Below are positions 27,840-37,674 of a stretch of DNA of 64,000 nt, piece after piece (position 1 is the stretch's first letter; every line of letters starts with the position of its first letter). Source of the DNA: Marine Group II euryarchaeote MED-G38 (GTDB lineage: Archaea > Thermoplasmatota > Poseidoniia > Poseidoniales > Thalassarchaeaceae). The translations under genes and the position numbers were made by a program. The stretch spans positions 41,804 through 105,803 of the forward strand of contig NTJP01000004.1 of NCBI GenBank assembly GCA_002457145.1. The letters run 5' to 3'. The notes under the pieces are model-generated. The model searched no databases. It worked only from the letters and a program-made list of their open reading frames with translations, and had not been told where the DNA came from.

Positions 27840-30800
27840 ATGGAAATAAACGGGTCCCTCAAGCCGCTTTATTCAAGGACGGTCTGCTTCGGCATTCATA
27901 ATATGGGAGAGGGAGACGGGAGTCCTATTTCTGAAAATTTTGTCGAAGTAACTACAAAAGAATCTTCTGAACTTCCTGATTCTAAAGGTAATTCAATAAA
28001 AAATATGTTACTCATGGATCATCAAATTGAGGTGGAAAAAGTAAGAGTATCTACAAAATACGACATTAGAGGGGTTTTAAACAAATTTGAAGTTCAAAAA
28101 TCAGTGTATGATTTATTTGCAGATCCTATAATTGAATTTGGTTCAGCAAATGACTTATTATTAAATTCAGATAAAATATTTCCTGTAAAGCCTCACTTAG
28201 TAGTCCAAGTAGGTTTCAAGCCTGGCGTTACAGATAATTCTGGACAGGCAGCATTAGATGGGCTTCTTACTCTGTTTCCTTCCTCTAAAGATATGAAGAT
28301 TTCATGTTCGAGAACATATATGTTTTGGGGGATTCCAGCAAATATTGATGCTAGTGAGATAGTCAAAAAAATCTATAATCCTATGATTGAGAGGGTTGGC
28401 GTCTCCGACAGAAATGCGTGTCTTATCTCTGACTGGCCTGAACTAGATTATCCCGAGTTAACAACATTAACAGAACAGACTTTGCAAATCATTGATCTTG
28501 AAGTGAGCGATAAGGATTTAATAAAAATTAGTGAAAAAGGACTTTTAGCTTTAAATTTAATCGAAATGAAGGCTATTCAAGCAAATTATAGGGACCCTAT
28601 TATTCGTTTAGAAAGGAAAAAACTAGGATTACCAGAAAAAGCTCCTACTGATGCCGAATTAGAATGTCTAGCTCAAACATGGTCCGAACATTGTTGTCAT
28701 AAAATATTTGCATCCAAAATCCATCATGTCGACCTAGAAACAGGAGAAGATACGTACATCGATTCCTTGTTCAAGACATACATAATGAAACCAACATTGG
28801 ATATTCAATCTGATGTAGACTGGTTATTGAGCATATTTCATGATAATTCCGGAGTTATTGCTTGGAATGATGATTGGAGTCTTTGTATAAAAGCAGAGAC
28901 ACATAATTCTCCTAGCGCACTAGATCCTTTTGGTGGCGCAATGACTGGTATAGTAGGAGTAAATCGAGACATCTTAGGAACTGGGCTCGGTGCAAGACCA
29001 ATAGCAAATACAGATGTATTTTGTTTCGGGCCACCTGATTATTCTGGAACCATCCCTGAAGGATTATTCCACCCCTCGCGGGTCTTCAGAGGAGTTCATG
29101 CAGGAGTCAGAGCAGGAGGTAATGAATCAGGTATACCTACAGTAAATGGCGCAATAGTTTTTGATGAAAGATACCTAGGAAAACCTCTAGTTTATTGTGG
29201 CACAGTAGGTATAATGCCAAGAGTATTATTAGATGGTAGAGAAAGCCATGATAAAACACCAAAGCCAGGCAATATCATTTACATGGTTGGTGGAAAAGTT
29301 GGTAGTGATGGAATACACGGTGCGACCTTTTCCAGTCTTGAATTAACAGAAGCAAGCCCATCTTCAGCAGTACAAATAGGAGATCCAATCACACAAAAGA
29401 AAATGATTGATATGGTGCTTGAAGCCAGAGATTTAGGACTAATTCAAGTCATCACAGATAATGGCGCAGGAGGACTGTCCAGTAGTGTAGGGGAACTGGC
29501 CGAGTTAACTGGCGGAGCAGAACTAGATCTTGCCGCAGTACCTTTGAAGCAATCCGGGTTAAGTAAGTGGGAAATTCTTGTCTCTGAATCGCAAGAAAGA
29601 ATGACCATAGGCATAGATCCTGAAGATTGTCAGGCTTTTGAGAAACTAGCAGAGTTACATGAAGTAGAAGCAACTGCAGTCGGAACCTTTACTGATTCAG
29701 GTGCCTTTGTAGTCCGGTATGATGAAGAAATCGTAGCCCATCTACCTATTTCGTTTCTTCATGATGGCTGCCCTCAATTACAATTAGAATCAGAGTGGAA
29801 ACCTCCTAAGCACAGCCCGATTATATTTCCTCTTTCCAATCACAAACTGATGGGAGAAATCCTTCTGCGCCTTATGGCCAGGCCGAATGTAGCAAGTAAA
29901 GAATGGTGGGTTCGTTCTTATGATCACGAAGTCATAGCACAAACCGTAATTAAGCCATTTTGCGGCATAAATCAAGATGCCCCAGGAGACGCAGCGGTAA
30001 TTGCTCCAATACAAGGAAAAACACAAGGAGCCGTAATTTCCAATGGAATAGTTCCCAGATATTCTGATATAGATGCTTACGCAATGGCCGCAGCAAGTAT
30101 AGATGAAGCGCTACGAAATGCAGTTTGTGTTGGTGTAGATTTAGACTTAATCGCCGGGCTCGATAACTTTTGTTGGCCCGATCCTGTAGAATCTGTAAAA
30201 ACACCTGATGGACGTTATAAATTAGCACAATTAGTGAGAGCCAATAGGGCATTAGATGAAGTATGCAGAGCCTATAACCTTCCTTGTATAAGTGGCAAAG
30301 ATTCTATGAAAAATGATGCTACATTAGGGGGCGAGAAGATCAGCGTCCCTCCAACACTCTTATTCAGCTTAATCGGTAATCATTCAGACGTCAGAAAAGC
30401 AGTATCTAGTGACTTCAAAGAAGTTGGCGACTTGATATATCTCGTGGGCGAAACACATCAAGAGTTAGGCGCTAGTGAATTAGCTTTTATGCTCCGTGAC
30501 GAATCTAATGGGAAAAGTGGAATTGGAGGACAGGTACCAAAAATCAACACTTCTAGAAATTTATCTCTTTACCGTAGTTTAACCAAAGCCATGTCAAAAG
30601 AATTAGTTTCAAGTGCTCATGATTGCAGCGATGCAGGACTTGCAGCTGCAATAGCAGAATGTTGTTTCGGTTGCGATTCAGGAGTTGATTTAGATATTTC
30701 AGATTTGTTTAATGCAGATGCTAATTTGGATAACTGGGGCGCTCTATTTGGTGAAAGCCTTGGCAGGATTTTAGTAAGTGTAAACCCTAAAAATTCTGAA

Positions 30801-30962
30801 ATGTTTGAAAATTCCATGCAGGGAAATGAATGTAATTATTTAGGCAAAGTAATACCCGGTGATGAGATATCAATTACAAATTCAAAAGTTCAGATATTGA
30901 CTGCTTCAATGTCTGAATTGAAAGACTCTTGGAAAAGTACTTTGAATGGAGGTAGAAATTGA
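27840..30962 (+). CDS. purL: Phosphoribosylformylglycinamidine synthase, PurL with N-terminal PurS-like extension (PurSL-type)
   Basis: PurL core blocks (AQTWSEHCCHK, ETHNSPSALDPFGGAMTG, GDPITQKK, DNGAGGLSS, SESQERM). About 250 extra N-terminal residues. The exact start is uncertain: the first ~55 codons may be leader. Confidence 0.9.
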   Translation: MEINGSLKPLYSRTVCFGIHNMGEGDGSPISENFVEVTTKESSELPDSKGNSIKNMLLMDHQIEVEKVRVSTKYDIRGVLNKFEVQKSVYDLFADPIIEFGSANDLLLNSDKIFPVKPHLVVQVGFKPGVTDNSGQAALDGLLTLFPSSKDMKISCSRTYMFWGIPANIDASEIVKKIYNPMIERVGVSDRNACLISDWPELDYPELTTLTEQTLQIIDLEVSDKDLIKISEKGLLALNLIEMKAIQANYRDPIIRLERKKLGLPEKAPTDAELECLAQTWSEHCCHKIFASKIHHVDLETGEDTYIDSLFKTYIMKPTLDIQSDVDWLLSIFHDNSGVIAWNDDWSLCIKAETHNSPSALDPFGGAMTGIVGVNRDILGTGLGARPIANTDVFCFGPPDYSGTIPEGLFHPSRVFRGVHAGVRAGGNESGIPTVNGAIVFDERYLGKPLVYCGTVGIMPRVLLDGRESHDKTPKPGNIIYMVGGKVGSDGIHGATFSSLELTEASPSSAVQIGDPITQKKMIDMVLEARDLGLIQVITDNGAGGLSSSVGELAELTGGAELDLAAVPLKQSGLSKWEILVSESQERMTIGIDPEDCQAFEKLAELHEVEATAVGTFTDSGAFVVRYDEEIVAHLPISFLHDGCPQLQLESEWKPPKHSPIIFPLSNHKLMGEILLRLMARPNVASKEWWVRSYDHEVIAQTVIKPFCGINQDAPGDAAVIAPIQGKTQGAVISNGIVPRYSDIDAYAMAAASIDEALRNAVCVGVDLDLIAGLDNFCWPDPVESVKTPDGRYKLAQLVRANRALDEVCRAYNLPCISGKDSMKNDATLGGEKISVPPTLLFSLIGNHSDVRKAVSSDFKEVGDLIYLVGETHQELGASELAFMLRDESNGKSGIGGQVPKINTSRNLSLYRSLTKAMSKELVSSAHDCSDAGLAAAIAECCFGCDSGVDLDISDLFNADANLDNWGALFGESLGRILVSVNPKNSEMFENSMQGNECNYLGKVIPGDEISITNSKVQILTASMSELKDSWKSTLNGGRN

Positions 30963-31777
30963 TGATACCAAAAGTAGCAGTTCTTTCAGGTTTTGGCATA
31001 AATTGTGAATCTGAAACAATGGCCGTCTTTGAAATGGCCGGGGCTGATGCAAGTAAAATACATGTAAACAGACTAGTGAACGGAGAATTAAACTTGAACG
31101 ATTATCACATCATGGCGATACCAGGGGGGTTTTCATTTGGTGACCATCTAGGAAGTGGTAGATTAATGGGTAATAGGTTGAGATTTGGATTACGTGAACA
31201 AGTGAGAAATTTTGTGAAGTCAGGTAAACCAGTAATTGGAATATGTAATGGTTTCCAAGTATTAGTTAAAATGGGGCTATTGCCAGGCGATGAGGATGTT
31301 AGTTTAACTCAAACAGCATCTCTGGCATTGAATGACTCAGGTCATTATGAAAATCGTTGGGTGACACTTGAATTTGACTCACAAAGTAATTGTATTTGGA
31401 CTAAAGGAATGACAAGAATTAGAGTACCCGTACGCCATGGAGAAGGTAAGTTTGTTACTGCCGATAAAAAACTCCTCGATGAGTGGAGTAAATTAGGGCA
31501 ATTAGTTGTAAAGTATATAGATCCCACAACCGAATATCCATCATCGAGAGATGAAGTATTGCCATACCCGATTTCTCCGAATCAAAGTTGGAGAAATATT
31601 GCTGGTGTTTGCGATCCATCTGGATTAGTATTCGGTTTAATGCCTCATCCTGAAGCTAATCATTCAACATGGTTGGGGGCAACTTGGACAAGAGAAGATA
31701 TAGAACATGGCGAAGGAGAAGGCATGAAAATTTTCAGAAATGCTGTGAATTATGTTAAAAAAAACATCGTTAATTAA
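30962..31777 (+). CDS. purQ: Phosphoribosylformylglycinamidine synthase, glutaminase subunit PurQ
   Basis: Class-I amidotransferase triad context GICNGFQ and MPHPE. The ATG shares one base with the purL TGA (TGATG). Confidence 0.9.
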   Translation: MIPKVAVLSGFGINCESETMAVFEMAGADASKIHVNRLVNGELNLNDYHIMAIPGGFSFGDHLGSGRLMGNRLRFGLREQVRNFVKSGKPVIGICNGFQVLVKMGLLPGDEDVSLTQTASLALNDSGHYENRWVTLEFDSQSNCIWTKGMTRIRVPVRHGEGKFVTADKKLLDEWSKLGQLVVKYIDPTTEYPSSRDEVLPYPISPNQSWRNIAGVCDPSGLVFGLMPHPEANHSTWLGATWTREDIEHGEGEGMKIFRNAVNYVKKNIVN

Positions 31778-31817
31778 AATGAAAATCTTCTTGCAATAGA
31801 TATCTATCGGAACGGTA

Positions 31818-32432
31818 ATGACAACCCGTGATCCCACAGATATATTTTCAGAATGGGCTTTAAGAAACAGAGATGAGGGGATGGAAAATGGCCATGCAAA
31901 TTCAGTCGATGAAATGTTAAATATAGTACTTCCAATGCTCTCAACCCCATTTTCAGCGATAGATGTGGGTTGCGGTAATGGTTGGGTATGTCGTAAATTA
32001 CAATCATACGATAATTGTAGTAAGGTAGTAGGTATAGACGGCTCTATTGAAATGATTGTTAAGGCCAAAGATAAGGGCAGGGGGGAATTCCATCTAGCAA
32101 AACTTCCTGGATGGGCGCCTTCACAGAAATTTGATTTAATTCATTCAATGGAATTTCTTTATTACTTGACTAATCCATTAGAAATGTTACAAGAGTTCTT
32201 CAACGAATGGCTAAATAACAAAGGAATTCTCATTGCAGGAGTAGACCATTATTTAGAAAATACAGCAAGCCATGACTGGCCCGAATCTCTCAATGTAAAT
32301 ATGACGATGTTGAGTGAAGAACAATGGAAAAAAGGCATGATTGATGCTGGATTCACTGACGTTGAAACACAACGAGTGGGCGTCAGGCCAGGATTCGTGG
32401 GCACATTAGCGATCTTTGGTCGGAAGCCTTGA
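31818..32432 (+). CDS. Class I SAM-dependent methyltransferase
   Basis: Motif I IDVGCGNGW, followed by VVGIDGS and a typical post-I/II layout. Confidence 0.7.
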   Translation: MTTRDPTDIFSEWALRNRDEGMENGHANSVDEMLNIVLPMLSTPFSAIDVGCGNGWVCRKLQSYDNCSKVVGIDGSIEMIVKAKDKGRGEFHLAKLPGWAPSQKFDLIHSMEFLYYLTNPLEMLQEFFNEWLNNKGILIAGVDHYLENTASHDWPESLNVNMTMLSEEQWKKGMIDAGFTDVETQRVGVRPGFVGTLAIFGRKP

Positions 32433-32555
32433 AGTTACAATTCTATTCTCACGTATTGCATAATGTTCGTAAAACATAGTTATGGTTGAGATAAATAAAT
32501 TCAAAAAAATAATATTAATCAATAAACTTGAATGGCTTGACGATTTCCCATAACC

Positions 32556-33452
32556 ATGACAGACCCAAACATTACAGTTGAAGAAGAAGCAACTGTAATT
32601 GAGACATTGTCGCTATTACACCCCAATGCAAAGAAGAATTCTCTTCGAAGAATGATTGACTATGGGCGTGTAATTGTAGATGGTAAGAAAGTAAACAAGT
32701 CAAATATGAAAATTACTAAAGGGGCCGTTCTGACAGTACTTTCTAGAACAGACGGTGACCAAAAGCCTGGCTCAAAAAGTAGTTCATTACCAGAACCAGT
32801 GATACTTTATTCTGATAGTTTTTTAATCGTAGCTGACAAACCCGAAAACCTTCTCTCTGTAGCAACCGACAGAGGCGAATTAGATACTATGTATGATAGA
32901 GTATCATACTGGGCTTCGAAAAATAAGAAAACAAGAATATATCTTGTACACCGCTTGGATAGAGAAACCTCCGGTTGTATGTTATTTGCCACGTCTCCTG
33001 AATGCCGAGATATATTACAAAATCAGTTTAAAAATCGTTCTATTGAAAGAATATATTATGCAGTAGTACATGGAAAACCTCCAACAGAAAAAGGTGTAGA
33101 AAATTCAAGAATACAGGAAACAAAAGATAAACGCGTTCGTCTAGTAATTGGCAACAAAAGAGCTGGTAAAGAAGCAATAACAAATTGGTATACTGAGGAA
33201 ATAGGCCCAATCAATAGTTTACTCAGAATTAAAATAGATACCGGAAGAAGAGCACAAATTAGATTACACATGGCAAAGATCAATTGTCCAGTATTAGGAG
33301 ATACAAGATATGGTAGAGGTAAGACAAGTGTCAACCGTCTTTGCCTTCATGCTACAGAATTAAGATTCAATCATCCCAATGGGGAAAAAATACATGTAAA
33401 GAGTCAGATACCTAAAAAAATGCTTTCAGAATTAAATCGTAAATCTTTATGA
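32556..33452 (+). CDS. RluA-family pseudouridine synthase with N-terminal S4-like domain
   Basis: Catalytic block HRLDRETSGCMLFA. Also IYYAVVHG and RAQIRLHMA blocks. Confidence 0.85.
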   Translation: MTDPNITVEEEATVIETLSLLHPNAKKNSLRRMIDYGRVIVDGKKVNKSNMKITKGAVLTVLSRTDGDQKPGSKSSSLPEPVILYSDSFLIVADKPENLLSVATDRGELDTMYDRVSYWASKNKKTRIYLVHRLDRETSGCMLFATSPECRDILQNQFKNRSIERIYYAVVHGKPPTEKGVENSRIQETKDKRVRLVIGNKRAGKEAITNWYTEEIGPINSLLRIKIDTGRRAQIRLHMAKINCPVLGDTRYGRGKTSVNRLCLHATELRFNHPNGEKIHVKSQIPKKMLSELNRKSL

Positions 33453-33698
33453 ATCATCGTCTGAGATTAGATATGCAGGTATTTTTTGAACTATTTTACT
33501 GTCCTGTGGGGCATCTATCAAATCTTCTACTATTATTGATCTATCTTGCAAAAGACTTTCGTCTAGAGCAACTAATCTTACAGACAATCTCCATCTTTTG
33601 ATAACTTCATAGATTATAGTAATAACCAAAAATCCAATCACAAAAAAAGAACAAATCCAACCAACAGTATCCTGTTCAACCATTGTCCTCCCTCTCAA
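33447..33698 (-). CDS. Small single-pass membrane protein (hypothetical)
   Basis: Short ORF with one TM (WICSFFVIGFLVITIIY). It overlaps the pyrF stop at its 5' end and the convergent rluA-like stop at its 3' end. Coding status is unproven. Confidence 0.35.
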   Translation of the reverse strand: MRGRTMVEQDTVGWICSFFVIGFLVITIIYEVIKRWRLSVRLVALDESLLQDRSIIVEDLIDAPQDSKIVQKIPAYLISDDDS

Positions 33699-34485
33699 CT
33701 AGTGCTCTCCAACTTTCTTTTGCATACAATTTTGCTGAGGACACAGGGTCATCTGAACCATATATGCCAGAGCCTACAATAACCCCATCTGAACCAGCTT
33801 TGATAGCATCATATGGGTGACCATATCTTTGTCCCAAATCGCCCTCCGATGTTTCTATATTAACTCCTGGTGTCCATATTAGTTGACTTTTTCCAGCCTT
33901 CTGCCTAAGGAGTGTTATTTCTTCTGGAGAACTTCCATTACCAATATATCCAACAACATGGGGCGAACCAATACCAGTTTTGATGGTTTCAAGAGTATAT
34001 TGTTCTGTAAGTAAATTTCCTCTACTTGACATTTGAGCAAGTAAAAATATACCCCCAATTCGTCGCACATCCGCCCATCCAGCAGCTATCCCATCTACAA
34101 TATCATTTCCTGAAATCCTGTGTGCAGTTACAAAATCTGCCCATGCTCTAATATCATAAACACCACCCATCTGTTTTTGTGAAATCTTTCCTATATCAGC
34201 AAATTTTCTATCCTCAAAAAGTAATAAATCGTGTTTTTTTGCAATTTTAACCACTCTTTCCCACTTTTTATGATCGAACTCATCAACTATATCCACATGA
34301 GTCTTAAGTGCCGATATATACGGTCCAACAGACTCAATCAAATCGACCAGTGAATCAATTGAATTTAGGTCAGCAGCCAATATAACTAATGTTCGCTTTT
34401 TTGTTGATACTTGCATAAACTTATGCGACAAAGGATTCGCACAACTTCTCCATCTCGCCCCCCAAACATCCTCGGCCCTCATCAC
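33676..34485 (-). CDS. pyrF: Orotidine 5'-phosphate decarboxylase
   Basis: Blocks ILAADL, LKTHVDI, FEDRKFADIGKI, and the C-terminal GSDGVIVGSGIY. Confidence 0.88.
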   Translation of the reverse strand: MMRAEDVWGARWRSCANPLSHKFMQVSTKKRTLVILAADLNSIDSLVDLIESVGPYISALKTHVDIVDEFDHKKWERVVKIAKKHDLLLFEDRKFADIGKISQKQMGGVYDIRAWADFVTAHRISGNDIVDGIAAGWADVRRIGGIFLLAQMSSRGNLLTEQYTLETIKTGIGSPHVVGYIGNGSSPEEITLLRQKAGKSQLIWTPGVNIETSEGDLGQRYGHPYDAIKAGSDGVIVGSGIYGSDDPVSSAKLYAKESWRALVEREDNG

Positions 34486-34589
34486 CTAGACTAATCCATG
34501 ATTATACATCAACCTTTCATCATTCTTCTTTAAAATAATGAACATTAGTAGCAATCTATTGATTAAGAAGATGTATTTTCGCAATATCG

Positions 34590-35900
34590 ATGGTCCTCTA
34601 TACCCCCGGAAAAACATCTGGATATCCCAGCGAAAAAATAGATTCAGGAATTAGATTTTATTTTCTAGGTGGCGCCGAAGAAGTTGGTAATGTAGGATGT
34701 ATCATAGAAGATAATACTGGTACAAGATTACTAATAGATTACGGTATGGCACCAACTAGGCCACCAAAATATCCATCGGAAAGTCCCAGGGTATCAGATG
34801 CTATAATTACACATAGCCATATAGACCATATTGGAATGGTTCCATGGCTTGCGGGGGCTTATGGAACTACATTACATGGCTCCTCATTAACGGCAAAAGT
34901 TTCAGAAATAATGTGGAGAGATACCTACAAAGTATCTTCCATAGAAAACTACCCACTTTCATGGGATAAAAGAGACCTAGATTTGGCATTAGATTCATGG
35001 GAGACTCATAAAATCGGAGAATGGTTTGAAATCGGAGAATGGAAATGTAAATTTCACTTAGCTGGACATATGCCAGGTGCAATAATGATAGAAATCACTA
35101 CTCCCACTACAACAATTCTCTGGACGGGAGATATAGATACAAGAGACAGTCCAAATGTAAAAGGAGCAAGCCCAGTAAAATGCGACATTCTCTGCCTAGA
35201 AGGAACATATGGGGGCCGCAAACATCCACCTAGGTCTGAAGAGGAAAAAAGATTTGTTGATAGAGTAAAAGAAGTTGTAGATCGTGGGGGAGTTGCATTA
35301 GTACCAGCTTTTGCTTCCGGGCGAGGTCAAGACATCCTTCGTATATTGAATCGAGATGTTCCACATCTTAATGTCCATTTTGACGGCATGGGAACAAGAC
35401 TGACTAAGGATTGGTTACAATTTCCCGAATTTAATAACAATTTCAAAGATTTATTGAAAACATGGAAGTGGGCAAGGAGAGTATATGGTAAAAGTGATAG
35501 AAAAAAAGCACTGAAGGCCGACGTTATTGTAACTACTAGTGGAATGCTAGATGGCGGCCCGGCCCTTTGGTATCTCAATCGCCTAAACTCTAATAGATCC
35601 AATGCGATTTTATTAACAGGTTATCAGGCTGAGGGTTCTGGTGGCCGTAAATTATTAGATGAAGGCAAACTCTCAATTTATGGGAAGATGACTGAGATAA
35701 ATCTAGAAATCAATCAATATGCTCTTTCTAATCATGCAGATGGCCCTTCTCTTGTTAAATTTGCCAAAGAATGCGCGCCTAAAGAAATCATAATATTCCA
35801 TGCGCCTGAAGATGGGGTTACTTGCTTAAATAAGGAGTTAAAAGAAGAATTTGAAGTATATTTACCAGAAAATAACAAATCATTATTTTTAAATCGTTAA
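34590..35900 (+). CDS. Metallo-beta-lactamase / beta-CASP family ribonuclease (aCPSF2-like)
   Basis: HSHIDHIG motif, then AGH, GD and EGTYG blocks, and a C-terminal H in FHAPEDG, consistent with beta-CASP RNases. Confidence 0.8.
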   Translation: MVLYTPGKTSGYPSEKIDSGIRFYFLGGAEEVGNVGCIIEDNTGTRLLIDYGMAPTRPPKYPSESPRVSDAIITHSHIDHIGMVPWLAGAYGTTLHGSSLTAKVSEIMWRDTYKVSSIENYPLSWDKRDLDLALDSWETHKIGEWFEIGEWKCKFHLAGHMPGAIMIEITTPTTTILWTGDIDTRDSPNVKGASPVKCDILCLEGTYGGRKHPPRSEEEKRFVDRVKEVVDRGGVALVPAFASGRGQDILRILNRDVPHLNVHFDGMGTRLTKDWLQFPEFNNNFKDLLKTWKWARRVYGKSDRKKALKADVIVTTSGMLDGGPALWYLNRLNSNRSNAILLTGYQAEGSGGRKLLDEGKLSIYGKMTEINLEINQYALSNHADGPSLVKFAKECAPKEIIIFHAPEDGVTCLNKELKEEFEVYLPENNKSLFLNR

Positions 35901-35962
35901 CCCCTAAAAATCTACGATTTAGTAGGGAAGTTCATATGCCGTCTGTCATAGCAGATACACTA

Positions 35963-35980
35963 GGTGAGTCTAGACTCACC
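35963..35980. promoter_or_regulatory. Perfect 18-bp palindrome GGTGAGTCTAGACTCACC immediately upstream of a TATA-like element and the purine permease start
   Basis: The sequence is its own reverse complement. AGTATATTTGG follows it, and the permease ATG is at 36006. Confidence 0.3.
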
Positions 35981-36005
35981 AGTATATTTGGAACTAGGTG
36001 GAATA

Positions 36006-37607
36006 ATGAGTGAATTAGAAAGAATAATGGACGAAAGATTTGGATTAACTGATGCAGGCGTATCTTGGCAGAGTGAAATGAGAGCAGGTTTGACTACTTT
36101 CATGACTATGGCATATATTTTATTGGTAAACCCTGCCATGTTAAGTGGAACAGGAATGCCTTTTGATGATGTACTCTTTGCAACCGCGATTGCAGCATTC
36201 ATCGGTTGTACTGTAATGGGCCTTTGGGCTAATTTACCTTTTGCATTGGCTCCAGGAATGGGGCTCAATGCATACTTCGCCTTTACAGTTGTAATGGAGA
36301 TGGGTATTCCTTGGGAAGTAGCCTTGGCAGCCGTATTTGTTGAAGGATTACTATTCTTGGTCATATCTCTTCCTCAAATAGGATGGAGAACGAAGATGAT
36401 TAATTCTATACCTCAAGATTTGAAGATAGCGACAGGTGCTGGAATTGGAATGTTCTTGGCAATTATCGGCCTAGAGGAAACTGGCATAATAGTCAACAAC
36501 GGTGTAACCTTGGTCGGCTTAGATGATACAGCCTCTTGGACACACACATCAGGAGAATTATGGGCTATTATTGGAATTGTGGCCATTGCAGCAATGATGG
36601 CAAGGAAAATACCAGGCTCTATCGTTTGGGGTATTTTGGGAATGTCTGTAATAGGCTGGGCCTTAGGGGTCTCAGATCCATATAATATGCTAGGTAACGC
36701 AGACCCAACTTACACTTTCTATGAAGGGGCTTTGTTTACATCAAACGTCGACATGACGCCGGTGGAAACAATTGGATTTGCTACATATACAGGAGTAGAT
36801 TTCACCGTTTTCCATGCTCCTGCAGGATGGGGTTCAGCAGAAGCTACAGCACCAAAATTGGGTGATATAATCGGTTTTACTGGACTGCCTGAAGAAACAT
36901 TATTTGGATTCATAGATGGTTTTGGTGACTTAGATGCTATAGTTGATGCAGATGGAAATGAAACAAGAGCAGCCTATGAATGGGCGTTAGGAGATTTCCT
37001 CTTGGTCATGATAACATTCTTGTTCGTAGATATATTTGATACAGCAGGAACTCTTTACTCAGTGGGGAGAGCTGCTGGATACGTTGATGATAATGATGAA
37101 TTACAAAATTCCGATGAAGCATTCATTTCAGATGCTGCAGCGACTCTGGTTGGTGCCATGACTGGAACAAGTACAACAACAACATATATCGAATCGGCAG
37201 CAGGGGTTGAAGAAGGTGGAAAAACAGGATTAGTCGCATTAACATGCGGTGTCTTATTCCTTTCCGGGCTTTTCCTTTCAGGTTTATTCCAAGCAATACC
37301 AACATATGCGGCTGCATGTGCATTAGTAATTGTAGGATCATTAATGATGCGTCAGGCTGCAGATATTGACTGGTCAGACCTCGAGGTTGCTATACCGGCT
37401 TTCATAACAATGATTTTGATGCCTTTTGCATATTCTATTGCCGCAGGTATCGCGTGGGGAATAATAGCGTATGTATTGGTTAAGTTAGTTGCAGGAAAGT
37501 ATCAAGAGATCAACGGAGTAATGGCAACACTATTCGTCTTGATGGTTATGTTTTACTTAGGACCTGGAGAAGAAACCACATTTGAGTATCTATTCAGTAA
37601 CCTATGA
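36006..37607 (+). CDS. NCS2/AzgA-family adenine/guanine/hypoxanthine permease
   Basis: The N-terminus ERFGLTDAGVSWQSEMRAGLTTFMTMAYILLVNP and the FVDIFDTAGTL and TTTYIESAAGV blocks are AzgA-type signatures. The start is taken at the Met preceding the conserved N-terminus. Confidence 0.85.
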   Translation: MSELERIMDERFGLTDAGVSWQSEMRAGLTTFMTMAYILLVNPAMLSGTGMPFDDVLFATAIAAFIGCTVMGLWANLPFALAPGMGLNAYFAFTVVMEMGIPWEVALAAVFVEGLLFLVISLPQIGWRTKMINSIPQDLKIATGAGIGMFLAIIGLEETGIIVNNGVTLVGLDDTASWTHTSGELWAIIGIVAIAAMMARKIPGSIVWGILGMSVIGWALGVSDPYNMLGNADPTYTFYEGALFTSNVDMTPVETIGFATYTGVDFTVFHAPAGWGSAEATAPKLGDIIGFTGLPEETLFGFIDGFGDLDAIVDADGNETRAAYEWALGDFLLVMITFLFVDIFDTAGTLYSVGRAAGYVDDNDELQNSDEAFISDAAATLVGAMTGTSTTTTYIESAAGVEEGGKTGLVALTCGVLFLSGLFLSGLFQAIPTYAAACALVIVGSLMMRQAADIDWSDLEVAIPAFITMILMPFAYSIAAGIAWGIIAYVLVKLVAGKYQEINGVMATLFVLMVMFYLGPGEETTFEYLFSNL

Positions 37608-37623
37608 TTTGGATATTATAGTC

Positions 37624-37669
37624 TATAAAGTACCACAGTTTTGATTTCTTAAATCTGTGGTACTCTATA
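37624..37669. promoter_or_regulatory. Long imperfect inverted repeat (TATAAAGTACCACAG - 16 nt - CTGTGGTACTCTATA) between permease and apt
   Basis: 14 of 15 positions are complementary. It sits 17 nt after the permease stop and ends 6 nt before the apt ATG. It may act as a terminator hairpin, an operator, or both. Confidence 0.3.
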
Positions 37670-37674
37670 ACTTA

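Noticed and set aside
31664-32068. 134-aa minus-strand ORF bridging purQ and the methyltransferase gene
   Set aside because: It overlaps two motif-supported plus-strand genes in antisense. No motif is present.
35960-36364. 134-aa minus-strand ORF
   Set aside because: It is antisense to the conserved N-terminus of the purine permease and has no independent support.
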